Positions 36,140 to 48,385 of a DNA stretch of 64,000 nt are shown one piece after another. Under the pieces are notes generated by a model. That model saw only the letters and a program-made list of their open reading frames with translations. It did no database searches and was not told where the DNA came from. Within the stretch, counting starts at the first letter, position 1, and each line of letters opens with the position of its first letter. A program made the position numbers and the translations under genes. The stretch spans positions 147,686,001 through 147,750,000 of the forward strand of contig CM059431.1 in assembly GCA_030390025.1 (NCBI GenBank). The letters run 5' to 3'. Source of the DNA: Squalus acanthias. Its lineage: Eukaryota.

Positions 36140-38908
36140 GTTAGTTGCTAACCAAATTAGTAACAATACTATGGAGGAGGAATTCCTGGAGTGTTTACGG
36201 GATGGTTCCCTGGACCAACATGTCGAGGAACCAACTAGAGATCAGGCCATCTTAGACTGGGTATTATGTAATGAGAAAGAATTAATTAGCAATCTTGTTG
36301 TACGAGGCCCCTTGGGTCGGAGCGATCATAAAATGATAGAATTCTTCATTAAAATGGAGAGTGAAGTAGTTGACTCAGAGACTAGGGTCCTGAATTTAAA
36401 TAAAGGAAACTACGATGGTATGAGGTGCGAGTTGGATAAGATTGATTGGGGAATGTCACTCAAAGGGTTGACGGTGGATAGGCAATGGCAAACATTCAAA
36501 GACCGCATGGAAGAACTACAGAATTTGTTCATCCCAGTTTGGCATAAGAATAAAATGTGCGGGTTAGGTTGATTTGGCTATGATAAATTGACCCTTAGTG
36601 TTAGGGGGGGGATTAAATATGTGGGGTTACGGGGATAGGATGGGATATGTTAGGGGGAACTAAATACGTGGGGTTACGGGGATAGGGTGGGATATGTGTC
36701 GGTGCAGGCTCGATGGGGATTCTGTGTGAGAAAGCAGGGACAGGGTACTGGATTTGGATGATCAGCCATGATCGTATTGAATGGCGGAGCAGGCTCGACG
36801 GGCCGAATGGCCTACTCCTGCTCCTAGTTTCTATGTTTCTATGTTTCTATCTAAAACAAAAAGGGTAACTCAAACATGGCTAACAAGGGAAATTAGGGAT
36901 AGCATAAGATCCAAGGAGAGGGCATATAAATTGGCCAGAAAAAGCAGTAACCCTGAGGATTGGGAGCAGTTTAAGATTCAACAAAGGAGGACAAAGGGAT
37001 TAATTAAGAAGGGGAAAATAGAATACGAGAGTAAGCTTGCAAGGAACATAAAAACTGACTGTAAAAGCTTTTATAGATATGTGAAGAGAAAAAGATTAGT
37101 GAAATCAAGCATAGGTCCCTTGCAGTCAGAATCAGGGGAACTTATAATGGGGAACAAGGAAATGTCTGACCAATTAAATACATATTTTGGTTCTGTCTTC
37201 ACAAAGGAGGACACAAATAACCTCCCAGAGATGTTAGGGAACATATGGGTCTGATGAAAGGGAGGAACTGAAAGAAATCAGTATTTGTAGGGAAATGGTG
37301 TTAGGGAAATTGGCAGGATTGAAGGCCGATAAATCCCCAGGGCCTGATAATCTACATCCTAGGGTACTTAAGGAAGTGGCCCTAGAAATAATAGATGCAT
37401 TGCTGATCATCTTCCAACATTCGATGGAATCTGGAACAGTACCCATGGATTGGAGGGTAGCTAATGTTACCCCACTATTCAAAAAGGGTGGTAGAGAGAA
37501 AACGGGGAATTACAGACCGGTAAGCCTGACATCGGTCGTGGGGAAAATGCTAGAGTCTATTATAAAAGATGTAATAGCTGAGCACTTGGAAAACAGTGAC
37601 AGGATCGGACAAAGTCAACATGGATTTACAAAAGGTAAATCGTGCTTGGCTAATCTAGTGGAATTTTTTAAGGATGTAACTAGTAAAATAGATACGTGAG
37701 AACCAGTGGCTGTGGCGTATTTGGACTTCCAAAAGGCTTTTGATAAGGTCCCGCATAAGAGATTAGCGTGTAAAGTTAAGGCACATGGGGGCAAGGTATT
37801 GACTTGGATAGAACACTGGTTGGCAGACAGAAAGCAAAAAGTTGGAATAAACGAGTCTTTTTCCGAGTGGCAGGCAGTGACTATTGGTGTACCGCAGGGA
37901 TCTGTCCTTGGACCCCAGCTATTCACAATATATATTAATGATCTGGACAAGGGAACTAGATGTAATATCTCCAAGTTTGCAGACAACACAAAGCTTGGTG
38001 GGCGTGTGTGCTGCAAGGAGGATGCCGAGAAACTCCATGATGATTTGGACAGGTTGGGTGATTGGGCAGAAGCGTGGCAGATGCACTATAACGTCGATAA
38101 ATGCGAGGTTATCCACTTTGGTGTCAAAAACAGAAAGGCAGATTATCTGAATGGCAATAGATTGGGAAAAGGGGAAGTGCAACGAGACCTGGGTGTCCTT
38201 GTGCACCTGTCGCTGAAGGGAAGCATGCAGGTGCAGCAGGAGGTTAAGAAGGGAAATGGTATGTTGGCCTTCATAGCGAGAGGGTTTGAGTACAGGAACA
38301 AGGACGTCTTGCTGCAGTTGTACAGTGCCTTGGTGAGACCACACCTTGAGTACTGTGTGCAGTTTTGGTCGCCTTCTCTGAGGAAGGATGTTCTTGCCAT
38401 GGAAGGAGTTCAGTGAAGATTCACAAGGCTGATACCTGGGATGGCAGGAATGACGTATGAAGAGAGATTGGGTCGATTGGGCTTATACTCGCTGGAGTTT
38501 AGAAGAATGAGAGGGGTTCTCATTGAAACTTATAAAATTCTGACAGGACAGGACAGGACAAACTAGATGCAGGAAGGATGTTCCCGATGGTCGGGGAGTC
38601 CAGAACCAGGGGTCACCGTCTAATGATAAGTGGTAAGCCATTTAGGACTGAGAGGAGGAGTCATTTCTTCACCCAGAGAGTGGTGAACCTGTGGAATTCT
38701 CTGCCACAGAAGGCAGTAGAGGCCAATTCATTAAATAGATTCAAGAAGCAGTTGGATATATTTCTTAAAGCTAAAGGGATCAAGGAACATGGGGAGAAAG
38801 CAGGGACAGGGTACTGAATTTAGGTGATCAGCCATAATCGAATTGAATGGCGGAGCAGGCTCGAGGGGCCGAATGCCCTACTCCTGCTCCTATCTTCTAT
38901 GATTCTAT
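36140..38908 (+). mobile_element. CR1 LINE, 5'-truncated, same family as 4571-7275
   Basis: ORF2 fragments ([38 protein letters not shown]) and the 3' tail. Confidence 0.94.
36556..36851 (+). mobile_element. Chimeric insert: 3' half of an HE1-like SINE fused to a CR1 3' tail
   Basis: 36556-~36720 matches 39068-39180. The remainder is a CR1 tail ending (ATGTTTCT)n. Flanked by TAAAA direct repeats. Confidence 0.75.
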
Positions 38909-39218
38909 GCAGCACGGTGGCATAGTGGTTAGCACTGTTGCCTCACAGCGTCAGGGACCCGGGTTCGAATCCGGCCTCGGGTGCCTGTCTGTGTGGAGTT
39001 TGCAAGTTCTCCCTGTGTCTGCGTGGGTTTCCTCCGGATGCTTCGGTTTCCTCCCACAGTCCAAAGATGTGCGGGTTAGGTTGATTTGGCTATGATAAAT
39101 TAACCCTTAGTGTTAGGGGGGATTCAATACGTGGGGTTACGGGGATAGGGTGGGATGTGTGTCGGTGCAGGCTCGATGGGCCGAAATGGCCTCTATCTGC
39201 ACTATGGGGTTTCTGTGA
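38909..39218 (+). mobile_element. tRNA-derived V-SINE (HE1-like)
   Basis: A box TGGCATAGTGG, B box GGTTCGAATCC, V-domain GTGTGGAGTTTGCA..TTCTCCCTGTGTCTGCGTGGGTTTCCTCC, and a CR1-like tail GATGGGCCGAAATGGCCT. Confidence 0.9.
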
Positions 39219-39561
39219 TACTGCTCTGCTTTTCAGTAAAATGTAACGCAAACTATTTCGAAATTTTAATCGTAGACAGTTAGAAAACCAAAACAGTTCA
39301 TGTGAAGCTTGGTTGACAGTAAATTTCTGAGAGAAGTTCCAATCTACATGGGACACCAATATTTAGTTAACTTGGCGAGCTGGGTGAAGGTGAAATGTTC
39401 CCTCTGATGGTGAATACTATCTGTCGCACAATGTACTGCAGACATCTCATTACAAATCCACAGGTGATTCTGGTTATATTGCTGTAGTGGTTATAATGGA
39501 TAAATGATTGAACCTCCCACCCAGCAGAGCTGAGCTTTTGTACAAATAGCAAAGAGAAAAT

Positions 39562-40784
39562 TGGGCATCACTGAGAGGAGGACAGGCTCACAATGCACTG
39601 ATTGGGCAGCACTGAGAGAGGGACAGGCTCACAATGTACTGATTGGGCAGCACTGAGAGAGGGACAGGCTCACAATGTACTGATTGGGCAGCACTGAGAG
39701 AGGGACAGACTCACAATGTTCTGATTCACCAGCACTGAGAGAGAGACAGGCTCACAATGTACTGATTGGGCAGCACTGTGAGAGGGACAGGCTCACAATG
39801 TACTGATTGGGCAGCACTGAGAGGGACAGGCTCACAATGTACTGATTGGGCAGCACTGAGAGAGGGACAGGCTCACAATTTACTGATTGACCAGCACTGA
39901 GAGAGGGACAGACTCACAATGTTCTGATTCACCAGCACTGAGAGAGAGACAGGCTCACAATGTACTGATTGGGCAGTACTGAGATGGGGACAGGCTCACA
40001 ATTTACTGATTGACCAGCACTGAGAGAGGGACAGACTCACAATGTTCTGATTCACCAGCACTGAGAGAGAGACAGGCTCACAATGTACTGATTGACCAGC
40101 ACTGTGAGGGGGACAGGCTCACAATGTACTGATTGGGCAGCACTGAGAGAGGGACAGACTCACAATGTACTGATTGACCAGCACTGAGAGGGGGACAGGT
40201 TCACAATGTACTGATTGACCAGCACTGAGAGAGGGACAGGCTCACAATGTACTGATTGACCAGCACTGAGAGGGGGACAGGTTCACAATGTACTGATTGA
40301 CCAGCACTGAGAGAGGGACAGGCTCACAATGTACTGATTGGACAGCACTGAGAGGGGGACAGGCTCACAATGTACTGATTGGGCAGCACTGAGAGGGGGA
40401 CAGACTCACAATGTACCGATTGGGCAGCGCTGAGAGAGGGACAGGCTCACAATGTACTGATTGGGCAGCACTGAGAGAGGGACAGGCTCACAATGTACTG
40501 ATTGGGCAGCACTGAGGGGGACAGGCTCACAATGTACTGATTGGGCAGCACTGAGAGAGGGACAGACTCACAATGTACTGATTGACCAGCACTGAGAGGG
40601 GGACAGGCTCACAATGTACTGATTGGCCAGCACTGAGAGGGGGACAGGCTCACAATGAACTGATTGACCAGCACTGAGAGAGGGACAGGCTCACAATGTA
40701 CTGATTGACCAGCACTGAGAGAGGGACAGGCTCACAATGTACTGATTGGGCAGCACTGAGAGGGACAGGCTCACAATGTACTGA
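39562..40784. repeat. 41-bp minisatellite, ~30 copies
   Basis: Unit TGGGCAGCACTGAGAGAGGGACAGGCTCACAATGTACTGAT. Confidence 0.96.
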
Positions 40785-40896
40785 TGTTCCCCAATTATTT
40801 GATCAGCTCTTGGGTGAGGTCTTGGGAAATGCTATACATTTCCGGTTAACATGTCACAGGGAAATGTTAATATTATTGTGAAGGTAAAAAGGGGAT

Positions 40897-41990
40897 TAAC
40901 AACATCAACTTGAATCGGCATAGCCCCTTTAACTTAGTAATAACGTCCCGAGAGAATCAGCAGGAGCGTAATCAGATAAAATGAAACACCGAGCCAAATA
41001 AATAGATATTAGAACGGGTGACCAAAAGCCTGGTCAAAGAGGTGGAATTTTAAGAGTGAACATGCGATAAGTAGAGGCGGATAGTGTTGGAGAGGGAATT
41101 CCAGAGTTCAGGGCCGAGGCTGCTGAGAACACAGCCGCTAATAGTGGAGAGGTGAAAATCAGAGGTGCACAAAGTTCAACATTGAGGAGTGCGGAGATCT
41201 CGGAGGGTTGTGCGCCTGGAGAAGATTGCAGAGATAGGGATGGATGATTTCATGGAGGGATTGAAAACAAGGAAAATAATTTCAAAATCAAGACTCTGCG
41301 AGACCGGGAGCCGGTGTAGGTCAGCGAGCCCATGGGTGAACGGGCCTTGGTGCGAGTTCCGATAGGAGCAGCAGAGTTTTAGATAAGCTCAAATTTACAG
41401 AGGATGGAACGTGGTTGGTTGACAAGCCTTAGCCTGTTGGAATAATTGAGACTGGAGATAACAAAGGCACAGATGAGGATTTCAGCATTAGATGGGCTGA
41501 GGCAGGGGCGCAGACAGCGAATGTTACGAAGTTGGAAGTAGGTGGTCTTGTTGATGGAGAGGAATGGGAGCGAAAGGTCAGCTCAGGATCTAATAGGATG
41601 CATTGGTTGCAAACAGTCTGGTTCAGACTCAAAAAGTTGCTGGGAGAGGGATGGAGTCCGTGGCTAGGGAATGGAGTTTGTGGCCGTGACCAAAGATAAT
41701 GGCTCTGCTCTGCCCAATATTTAATAGGAGGAAGTGTTTGCTCAGGCAATACTGGATGTCGGAGAAGCTGCGTGACGCACCAGAGACAGTGGAGGGCCTG
41801 AGAGAGATGGTGGTGCGGTAGAGCTGGTCTCTTCAGTGGAATCTGACATTGTGTTTTCGGATGATGTCACCAAGGGGTAGAATGTAGATCATAAACAGGA
41901 GGGCGTCAAGGATAGATCCTTGGGGGATACCAGAGGTAACAGTGAGGGAGCAGGTAGAGAAGACAGTGCAGGAGATTCGATTCTCTTGCT
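40897..41990 (-). mobile_element. Degenerate L2-type LINE 3' region
   Basis: The minus strand shows [12 protein letters not shown] and YADDT-like relics at ~41860-41930 and LDPELTF at ~41580. Heavily decayed. Confidence 0.65.
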
Positions 41991-42002
41991 ACGATTGGAT
42001 GA

Positions 42003-42376
42003 GTCATAGTCGTAGAGTCATAACGGCATAGTAGGAGGCCATTCGGCCCATCGAATTCGTGCCGGCTCTCTGCAGAGCAATCGAGTCAGTCCCATTCCCC
42101 CTGCTCTATCCCCGTAGCCCTGCAAGTTTATTTCCAACAAGTGCCTATCCAGTCTCCCTTTGAAAACATTGAGTGTATCTGCTTCTCCCACTTCCGTCGG
42201 CAGCGAGTTCCATGTCCTCACCACTCGCTGCGTAAAAACGTTTCTCCTCACATCCCCCCTGTATCTCTTGCCCAAAACCTTAAATCCGTGTTTCCTAGTC
42301 CTTGTACCATCAACTAGTGGGAACAGCCTTTTCCCGTCTTGCCTATCCAAACCCGTCATAATCTTGTACACCTCTA
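42003..42376 (-). mobile_element. CR1 3' end fragment
   Basis: Translates to EVYKIMTGLDR...FTQRVVRTWNSLP and has a GGGCCGAATGGCCT tail. Confidence 0.88.
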
Positions 42377-42419
42377 GAAATGGGCAGACACATGACAGAG
42401 AAGTGTGAATTGATATAAT

Positions 42420-44677
42420 AATAATAGTAGGAGATTTCAATTCCCCCAATATAAACTGGGACAGTCAGAGTGTGAAAGGCTTAGAGGGTGCAGAATTCTT
42501 AAAGTGCATCCAGGAGTGTTTTTTGAGCCAGCATGTAGAAAGTCCTACAAGAGAGGGGGCGGTATTGGGCCTAATTCTAGGGAATGTAGCCGGGCAAGTC
42601 GTAGCAGTGTCAGTAGGAGAGCATTTTAGTGACAGTGACCATAATTCGGTGAGATTTAAGGTAGTAATGGAAAAGGACAAAGATGGACCGGAAATAAAGG
42701 TTCTTAATTGGGGGAAGGCCGATTTTAATATGATAAGGCAGGATCTGGCCAAAGTGGACTCGGATCTGCTACTTGTAGGAAAAAGCACATCAGAGCAGTG
42801 GGAGTCATTCAGAAAGGAAATAGAGAGAGTACAGTGCCAACATGTTCCCGTAAAGGTCAAGCGTCGGACTAACAAGCCCAGGGAACCCTGGATGTCAAGG
42901 GATATACGAGAGGACTAAAAACAGTGGAAGCCCTAGAGGAGTATAGAAAGTGCAGGGGGGTACTTAAAAAAGAAATTAGGAGAGCAAAGAGAGGGCATGA
43001 AAAAACACTGGCGGGCAAAATAAAGGAAAATCCCATGGTGTTTTATTGTATATTAAGGGCAAGAGGATAACCAGGGAAAGAGTAGGGCCCATTAGGGACC
43101 AAAGTGACAATCTGTGTGTAGAACCGGAAGATGTAGGTGAGGTTTTAAATGAATATTTTGCATCTGTGTTCACTATGGGGAAGGACAATGTAGGCATAGA
43201 AATCAGGCAGGGGGATTGTGATATACTTGAACAAAGTAGCATCGAGGGGGAGGAGGTATTAGCGGTTTTAGCAGGCTTAAAATGGGATAAATCACCAGGC
43301 CCAGACGAGATGTATCCCAGGCTGCTGGGTGAGGCAAGGGAGGAGATTGCAGGGGTTCTGACACAAATTTTCAGATCCTCTCTATCTACAGGGGAGATGC
43401 CAGAGGACTGTAGGACAGTTAACGTAGTACCATTATTCAAGAAGGATAGTAGGGATAAACCAGGGAATTACAGGCCAGTGAGCCTAACATCAGTGGTCGG
43501 GAAATTATTGGAAAAAATTCTGAGGGACAGAATTAGTCTCCACTTGGAGAGGCAAGGATTACTCAAGGATAGTCAGCATGGCTTTGTCAGGGGGAGATCA
43601 TGTCTAACCAAGTTGATTGAATTTTGCGAGGAGGTGACTAGGTGCGTGGATGATGGTAGTGCAGTTGATGTCGTCTACATGGACTTCAGAAAAGCTATTG
43701 ACAAAGTCCCGCATGGGAGACTGGTCAAGAAGGTAAGAGCCCATAGGATCCAGGGCAATTTGGCATATTGGATCCAAAATTGGCTCAGTGGCAGAGGGTG
43801 ATGCTCGTAGGTTCTTTTTGTGACTGGAAGCCTGTGTCCAGTGGTGTACCGCAGCGATCGGTGCTGGGTCCCTTGCTGTTTGTAGTGTACATTAATGATT
43901 TAGATATGAATGTAGCAGCTATGATCAGTAAGTTCGCAGATGACACGAAAATTGGTGGGGTGGTAAATAGCGAGGAGGGAAGCCTCAGGCTACAGGACGA
44001 TATAGATGGGTTGGTCAGATGGGCAGAACAGTGGCAAATGGAATTTAACCCTGAAAAGTGTGAGGTGATGCATTTTGGGAGGACTAACAAGGCAAGGGAA
44101 TACACATTGAATGGTAGGACCCTTGGAAGGACAGAGGATCAGAGGGACCTTGGTGTGCATGCACATAGATCTCTGAAGGCAGCAGGACAGGTAGATAAGG
44201 TGGTCAAGAAGGCATATGGGATTCTTGCCTTCATTAGCCGAGGCATAGAATATAAGAGCAGGGAGGTTATGATGGAAATAACAACAGAAAACGCTGGAAA
44301 AACTCAGCAGGCCAGGCAGCATCCGTGGAGAGAGAAAGAGAGTTAACGTTTCAGGTCGATGACCTTTCATCAGGTTATGATGGAGCTGTGCAAAACGCTA
44401 GTTAGGCCACAGCTGGAATACTGTGTGCAGTTCTGGTCGCCACGCTGTAGGAAGGATGTGATTGCATTAGAGAGGGTGCAGAGGAGATTCACCAGGATGT
44501 TACTGGGCTGGAGCGTTTCAGCTATGAAGAGAGACTGGACAGCCTGGGGTTGTTTTCCTTAGAGCAGAGAAGGCTGAGGAGGGACCTGATTGAGGTGCAC
44601 AAAATTATGAGGGGCATAGATAGGGTAGATAGAAAGGAACTTTTCCCCTTAGTAGAGGGGTCAATAACCAGGGGGCA
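42420..44677 (+). mobile_element. CR1 LINE ORF2 fragment (third family)
   Basis: Translates to GDFNSPNI, KSPGPDEMYPRLL, QHGFVRGRSCLT and FADDTKIGG. Confidence 0.93.
44277..44371 (-). mobile_element. 95-bp Penelope pLTR fragment carrying a hammerhead core, inserted in the CR1 with a 13-bp TSD
   Basis: TSD AGGTTATGATGGA (44264-44276, 44372-44384). The minus strand reads CTGATGA-A-AGGTC-atc-GACCT-GAAA-CGTT-AACT. Confidence 0.85.
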
Positions 44678-45181
44678 AGTTTCAATGTATTTGGGATTAT
44701 TCTATTCGGTTAATCGGACAACCCCCCACCGGTTTTTTGGGGTTGTTTGGGTCCAATACTTGTTCACTAGTTTAGCATTTTATAAAAATATCTTTCCTTT
44801 AACCCGCAGCTGATTTTTTTAAATCATCTCATTTTCTCAATTTACTTTATATACTTTGTAGGACACTCAACTCATGACCTTCCCTGAAACTCCGGCTAGT
44901 TGTCTCTTGTCTCTCTGAGAGAACCTGCTAAAATTCTTGGTTCCCTTTGACTTCAGCCCACAAAGGATAATTTTGTACCCGTTACCCTTTCCTTTTTACA
45001 TAGACTGATGGATCCAGTGGGTATTTTCACATTTGTGTTGTTGTTTCAGATTTAAAATAACCCTTTCTTTCCTATATGGCCTGTTTTTCTTCTGTAACAT
45101 TCTATGATTCTAAGATCTGATTTCCTGTTGCTTCTGTGATATTTAAATAATCCAAACTCATTCTGTGTCCCTCCCACTCAC

Positions 45182-45348
45182 CCGATGTTCTTGTCCACTG
45201 AAATGCCACTCGTATGTTAACAATGATCTGACTCCGTCCACCCCTCCTTCAATCGCCTGTTCCAGTCTGTCCCGGTAGAATTTTGTCAACTGGAACAGCT
45301 GGTAATCGTTGCACTCTGTCAAGACATCAGTGATTGTAGAGTTCGGAT
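45182..45348 (-). pseudogene. NLR N-terminal coding exon 2 (DPNSTITDVLTECNDYQLFQLTKFYRDRLEQAIEGGVDGVRSLLTYEWHFSGQEHR)
   Basis: Acceptor ttcacag and donor gtgagt. The phase 1 start matches the exon at 48843. Confidence 0.8.
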
Positions 45349-45381
45349 CTGTGAACACAAATGGAGAACATTAAACTCATT

Positions 45382-46144
45382 GGCCCGAAAATTAAACCCA
45401 ATACGCGAGAGTACGCACTGTGTACTCTCGCGTATTAGATCCCGAATTGCCGGTTTCCTGCATGCACTGCGCATGCGCGGGAAACCGGGACTTCGTGAAA
45501 TACAAAGGGGGCGGTTCCTAAGTGAACTGCGTGCGCGCTACAGGCTGTGAGCACGCAGTGCACTTTGTTTATTTTTCAGCTTTGAACGCGCAGGTAAGTG
45601 GTGAAGATTTTACACATAAAGAAAGCAGGCGTAGGACCCCCTTTTAACAAGGTAAGTAGTTAATTAAGTGTTATTTTAATTTTTTTTCAACAGCTTTATC
45701 TTTTTTAGAGACTTTAAAGAAAGGTAAGTTTATTTTTATAACTTTTAAAAAGATTTAAAATGTTTTCAAAAATTTAATTTTTTGTTTAAAGTGGTTAATT
45801 TATTTAACTATACTTATTTTATTAATGTGATGGCTTTTTTTAAATTTAATTGAGGTTTAGCTGTTCTTTTGGAGGTTTGTAGTATTCATAGCTTTGACAG
45901 CTCTTGCTGTTAAAACTATGAATGAAAGATGGTGTGCTGCCATTGGCTCTAACTAAATCACGTGATCCCAGAGCTCGCACGAACTAATTGCGCCTCTGGG
46001 ATACCCACACACTGCACGGTTGCAACAAGAAAAGGCTCTGAAACTAAAGTTCATGTGGGCCCCAAACAAAAAGGTAGGCGCGGAGTGCGATATCGCGGGG
46101 AATCCTTACCCCCGCGGGAACCATCGATGTTTAATTTCTGGGCC
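45382..46144 (-). mobile_element. Non-autonomous PIF/Harbinger (763 bp) related to 57180-61738, in reverse orientation
   Basis: TIR GGCCCGAAAATTAA / TTAATTTCTGGGCC with TSD ATT (45379-45381, 46145-46147). It shares the subterminal palindrome ACGCGAGAGTAC..GTACTCTCGCGT. Confidence 0.88.
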
Positions 46145-46959
46145 ATTATCCACTTTATATCCAAGCTGCAACATTTCCTCTTTTTACCAAACAGCTCAAG
46201 TTTCCTGTGAGCCGCATTATCAAACACCAACTTAAACCACATATACACCGCAGATGCTGCATCCCATCGATCGATACAGTCCATTCTTTAAAAAAAACGT
46301 GCAAATTTGTCAAACACATCTTGCCGACAGCTAGTCCATTCCAGCCTTCCCTGATCATCCCCTGTATCTCAACATTCACTAATTCAACATTAAATTCCGG
46401 ACTCGATCATTCTGCCCATAACTGCCGTAGACTGTTCTAGTTACCCGGTTTATCCTCGCTCCTCCATTGTTGAACAGAGACGTTACTTGGGCCCCGTCAG
46501 TGCTCCAGTGTATTGTTTAAATCTAAAACAGATTGAACAATTGTGGAGAGTCTGTCCTCCCTCTTCTGTGATTTGATTTAACAGCCTGGAGTGTGTTATC
46601 TCTGGGCCCAGTCACTTGTCAACCTTGACTATTTTTTCAGCTCCAATCCTTCCCTACATTTAACTCCAACTATGATCCCACATCCTCCTCTAGTCCACCT
46701 TCTCGCACTACCACCATCATTTTTAGAAACTATTGGAAATGTTTGATACCTCCTCAAAACATCATCCTCCACAATTAGATTCTCCCTTCATCCCCAGTGA
46801 TAGAACCTTGAATTATTGCTTTACTTTTCATAAACTCTGACTTTTTATATTATCCGCCGGCCTTGAACCCAATTCCCTTTTAACCACCCCACCCCCACCC
46901 TACAGCCAGAGATCACCACCTTAATGCTTTGTTTTACATTCCATTGCCTGACTTTAAAT

Positions 46960-48385
46960 TCCCTCAATATAGGCCTCAAACCAGGCCAGCATCCTAGACT
47001 CAACTACTTCATCAGTGACCTTCGCTCCATCATAAGGTTAGAAGTGGGGTTGCTCGCTGATGGTTGCAGTGTGTTCGGCCCCATTCGCAATTCCTCCAAT
47101 AATGAAGCAGTCCATGCCCGCATGCAGCAATACATCGAAAACATCCAGTTTTGGCCTGATATGTGGCAAATTATATTCGAGCCAGACAAGTTTTTTTTTT
47201 AATTCGTTTTATGGTATCTGGGCGTCACTGGCAAGGCCAGCATTTATTGCCCATCCCTAGTTGCCCTTGAGAAGGTGGTGGTGAGCCGCCTTCTTGAACC
47301 GCTGCAGTCCGTGTGGTGATGGTATTTTGTTTTGTAATGGTTAGTTACAACTGAGTGACTTGCTAGGCCATTTCAGAGGGCAGTTTAGATCAACCACATT
47401 GCTGTGGGTCTGGAGTCACATATCGGCCAGAACAGGTAAGGACGGCAGATTTCCTTCCCTAAAATACATTAAAGAACCAGATGGGTTTTTAACGACAATC
47501 CGATAGCTTCATGGTTACCATTACTGATACTAGCTTTTTATTCCAGATTTATTTAAGTCCCCAGCTGCTGTGTGGTGGGATTTGAACTCACGTCTCTGAA
47601 TCATTAGTCCAGGCCTCTGGATTACTAGCTCCAGTGACATTACCACTATGCTACCGTTCCCAGGGTCAGGCAATGACCATCTCCAACGAGAGATACCATA
47701 GCCATATGCCATGACAGTCAATGCCATTATCAACAAGTCCCCCACATCAAACAAAATAGAACTGGACCAGCCACATACATCCCCCCGTGTCTACGGGAGC
47801 AGGTCAGAGGCTGGGTATTCTGTGGCGAGTGGCTCACCTCGTGACTCCCCAAATTCTCTCCCCCACCTACAACACACGTCAGGAGAGTGATGGAACACTT
47901 TCCATTTGTCTGGACAAGTGAAGTTGCAACAACACTGAAGATGCTCAACACCATCCAGGACAAAGCATTATGCTTGATCAGCACCACATCCATTGGGTTA
48001 AACATTGACTCCCTCCACCATTGGCTTACCGTGGTTGCAGATTACTGTCTACTGGATGCCCTCCAGTAAGTCAGCAAGGCATCTTCGACAGTACCTCCCA
48101 TACCCACGACATCCACCACCTAGAAGGACAAGGGCACCAGGTGCGTGGGAACACCTTCGCTTCCAAGTTCTCCTTAAAGTCACATACAACCCTAACTTGG
48201 ACATACATCACCTCTCCTTCATTGTCGCTGGATCAAAGCCTTGGAACTCCCTACCTAACAGCACTGTGGGAGCAGCTTCACCACTTGGACTGCAGCGATT
48301 CAAGAAGGTGGCCCACCATCATCTATTGAATAGCAACTTGGTGTGGGCAATAAATGAGGGCCTTGCCAGCGACACTCAAGTCCCG
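46960..48385 (+). mobile_element. Old LINE RT 3' region (CR1 clade-like), split by a SINE
   Basis: Translates to FISDLRSIIRLEVGLLADGC (FINDL...FADD-like) and FIVAGSKPWNSLPNSTV...LQRFKKVAHHHLL. Confidence 0.7.
47190..47662 (-). mobile_element. tRNA-derived SINE whose tail matches the host LINE 3' end
   Basis: The minus-strand head has A box TAGCATAGTGG and B box AGTTCAAATCC. The tail at 47190-47312 is the reverse complement of ~48287-48385 and ends in poly(A). Confidence 0.75.

Noticed and set aside
38909..38985. Functional tRNA gene
   Set aside because: The A and B boxes run straight into a V-SINE body and tail; it is a SINE head.
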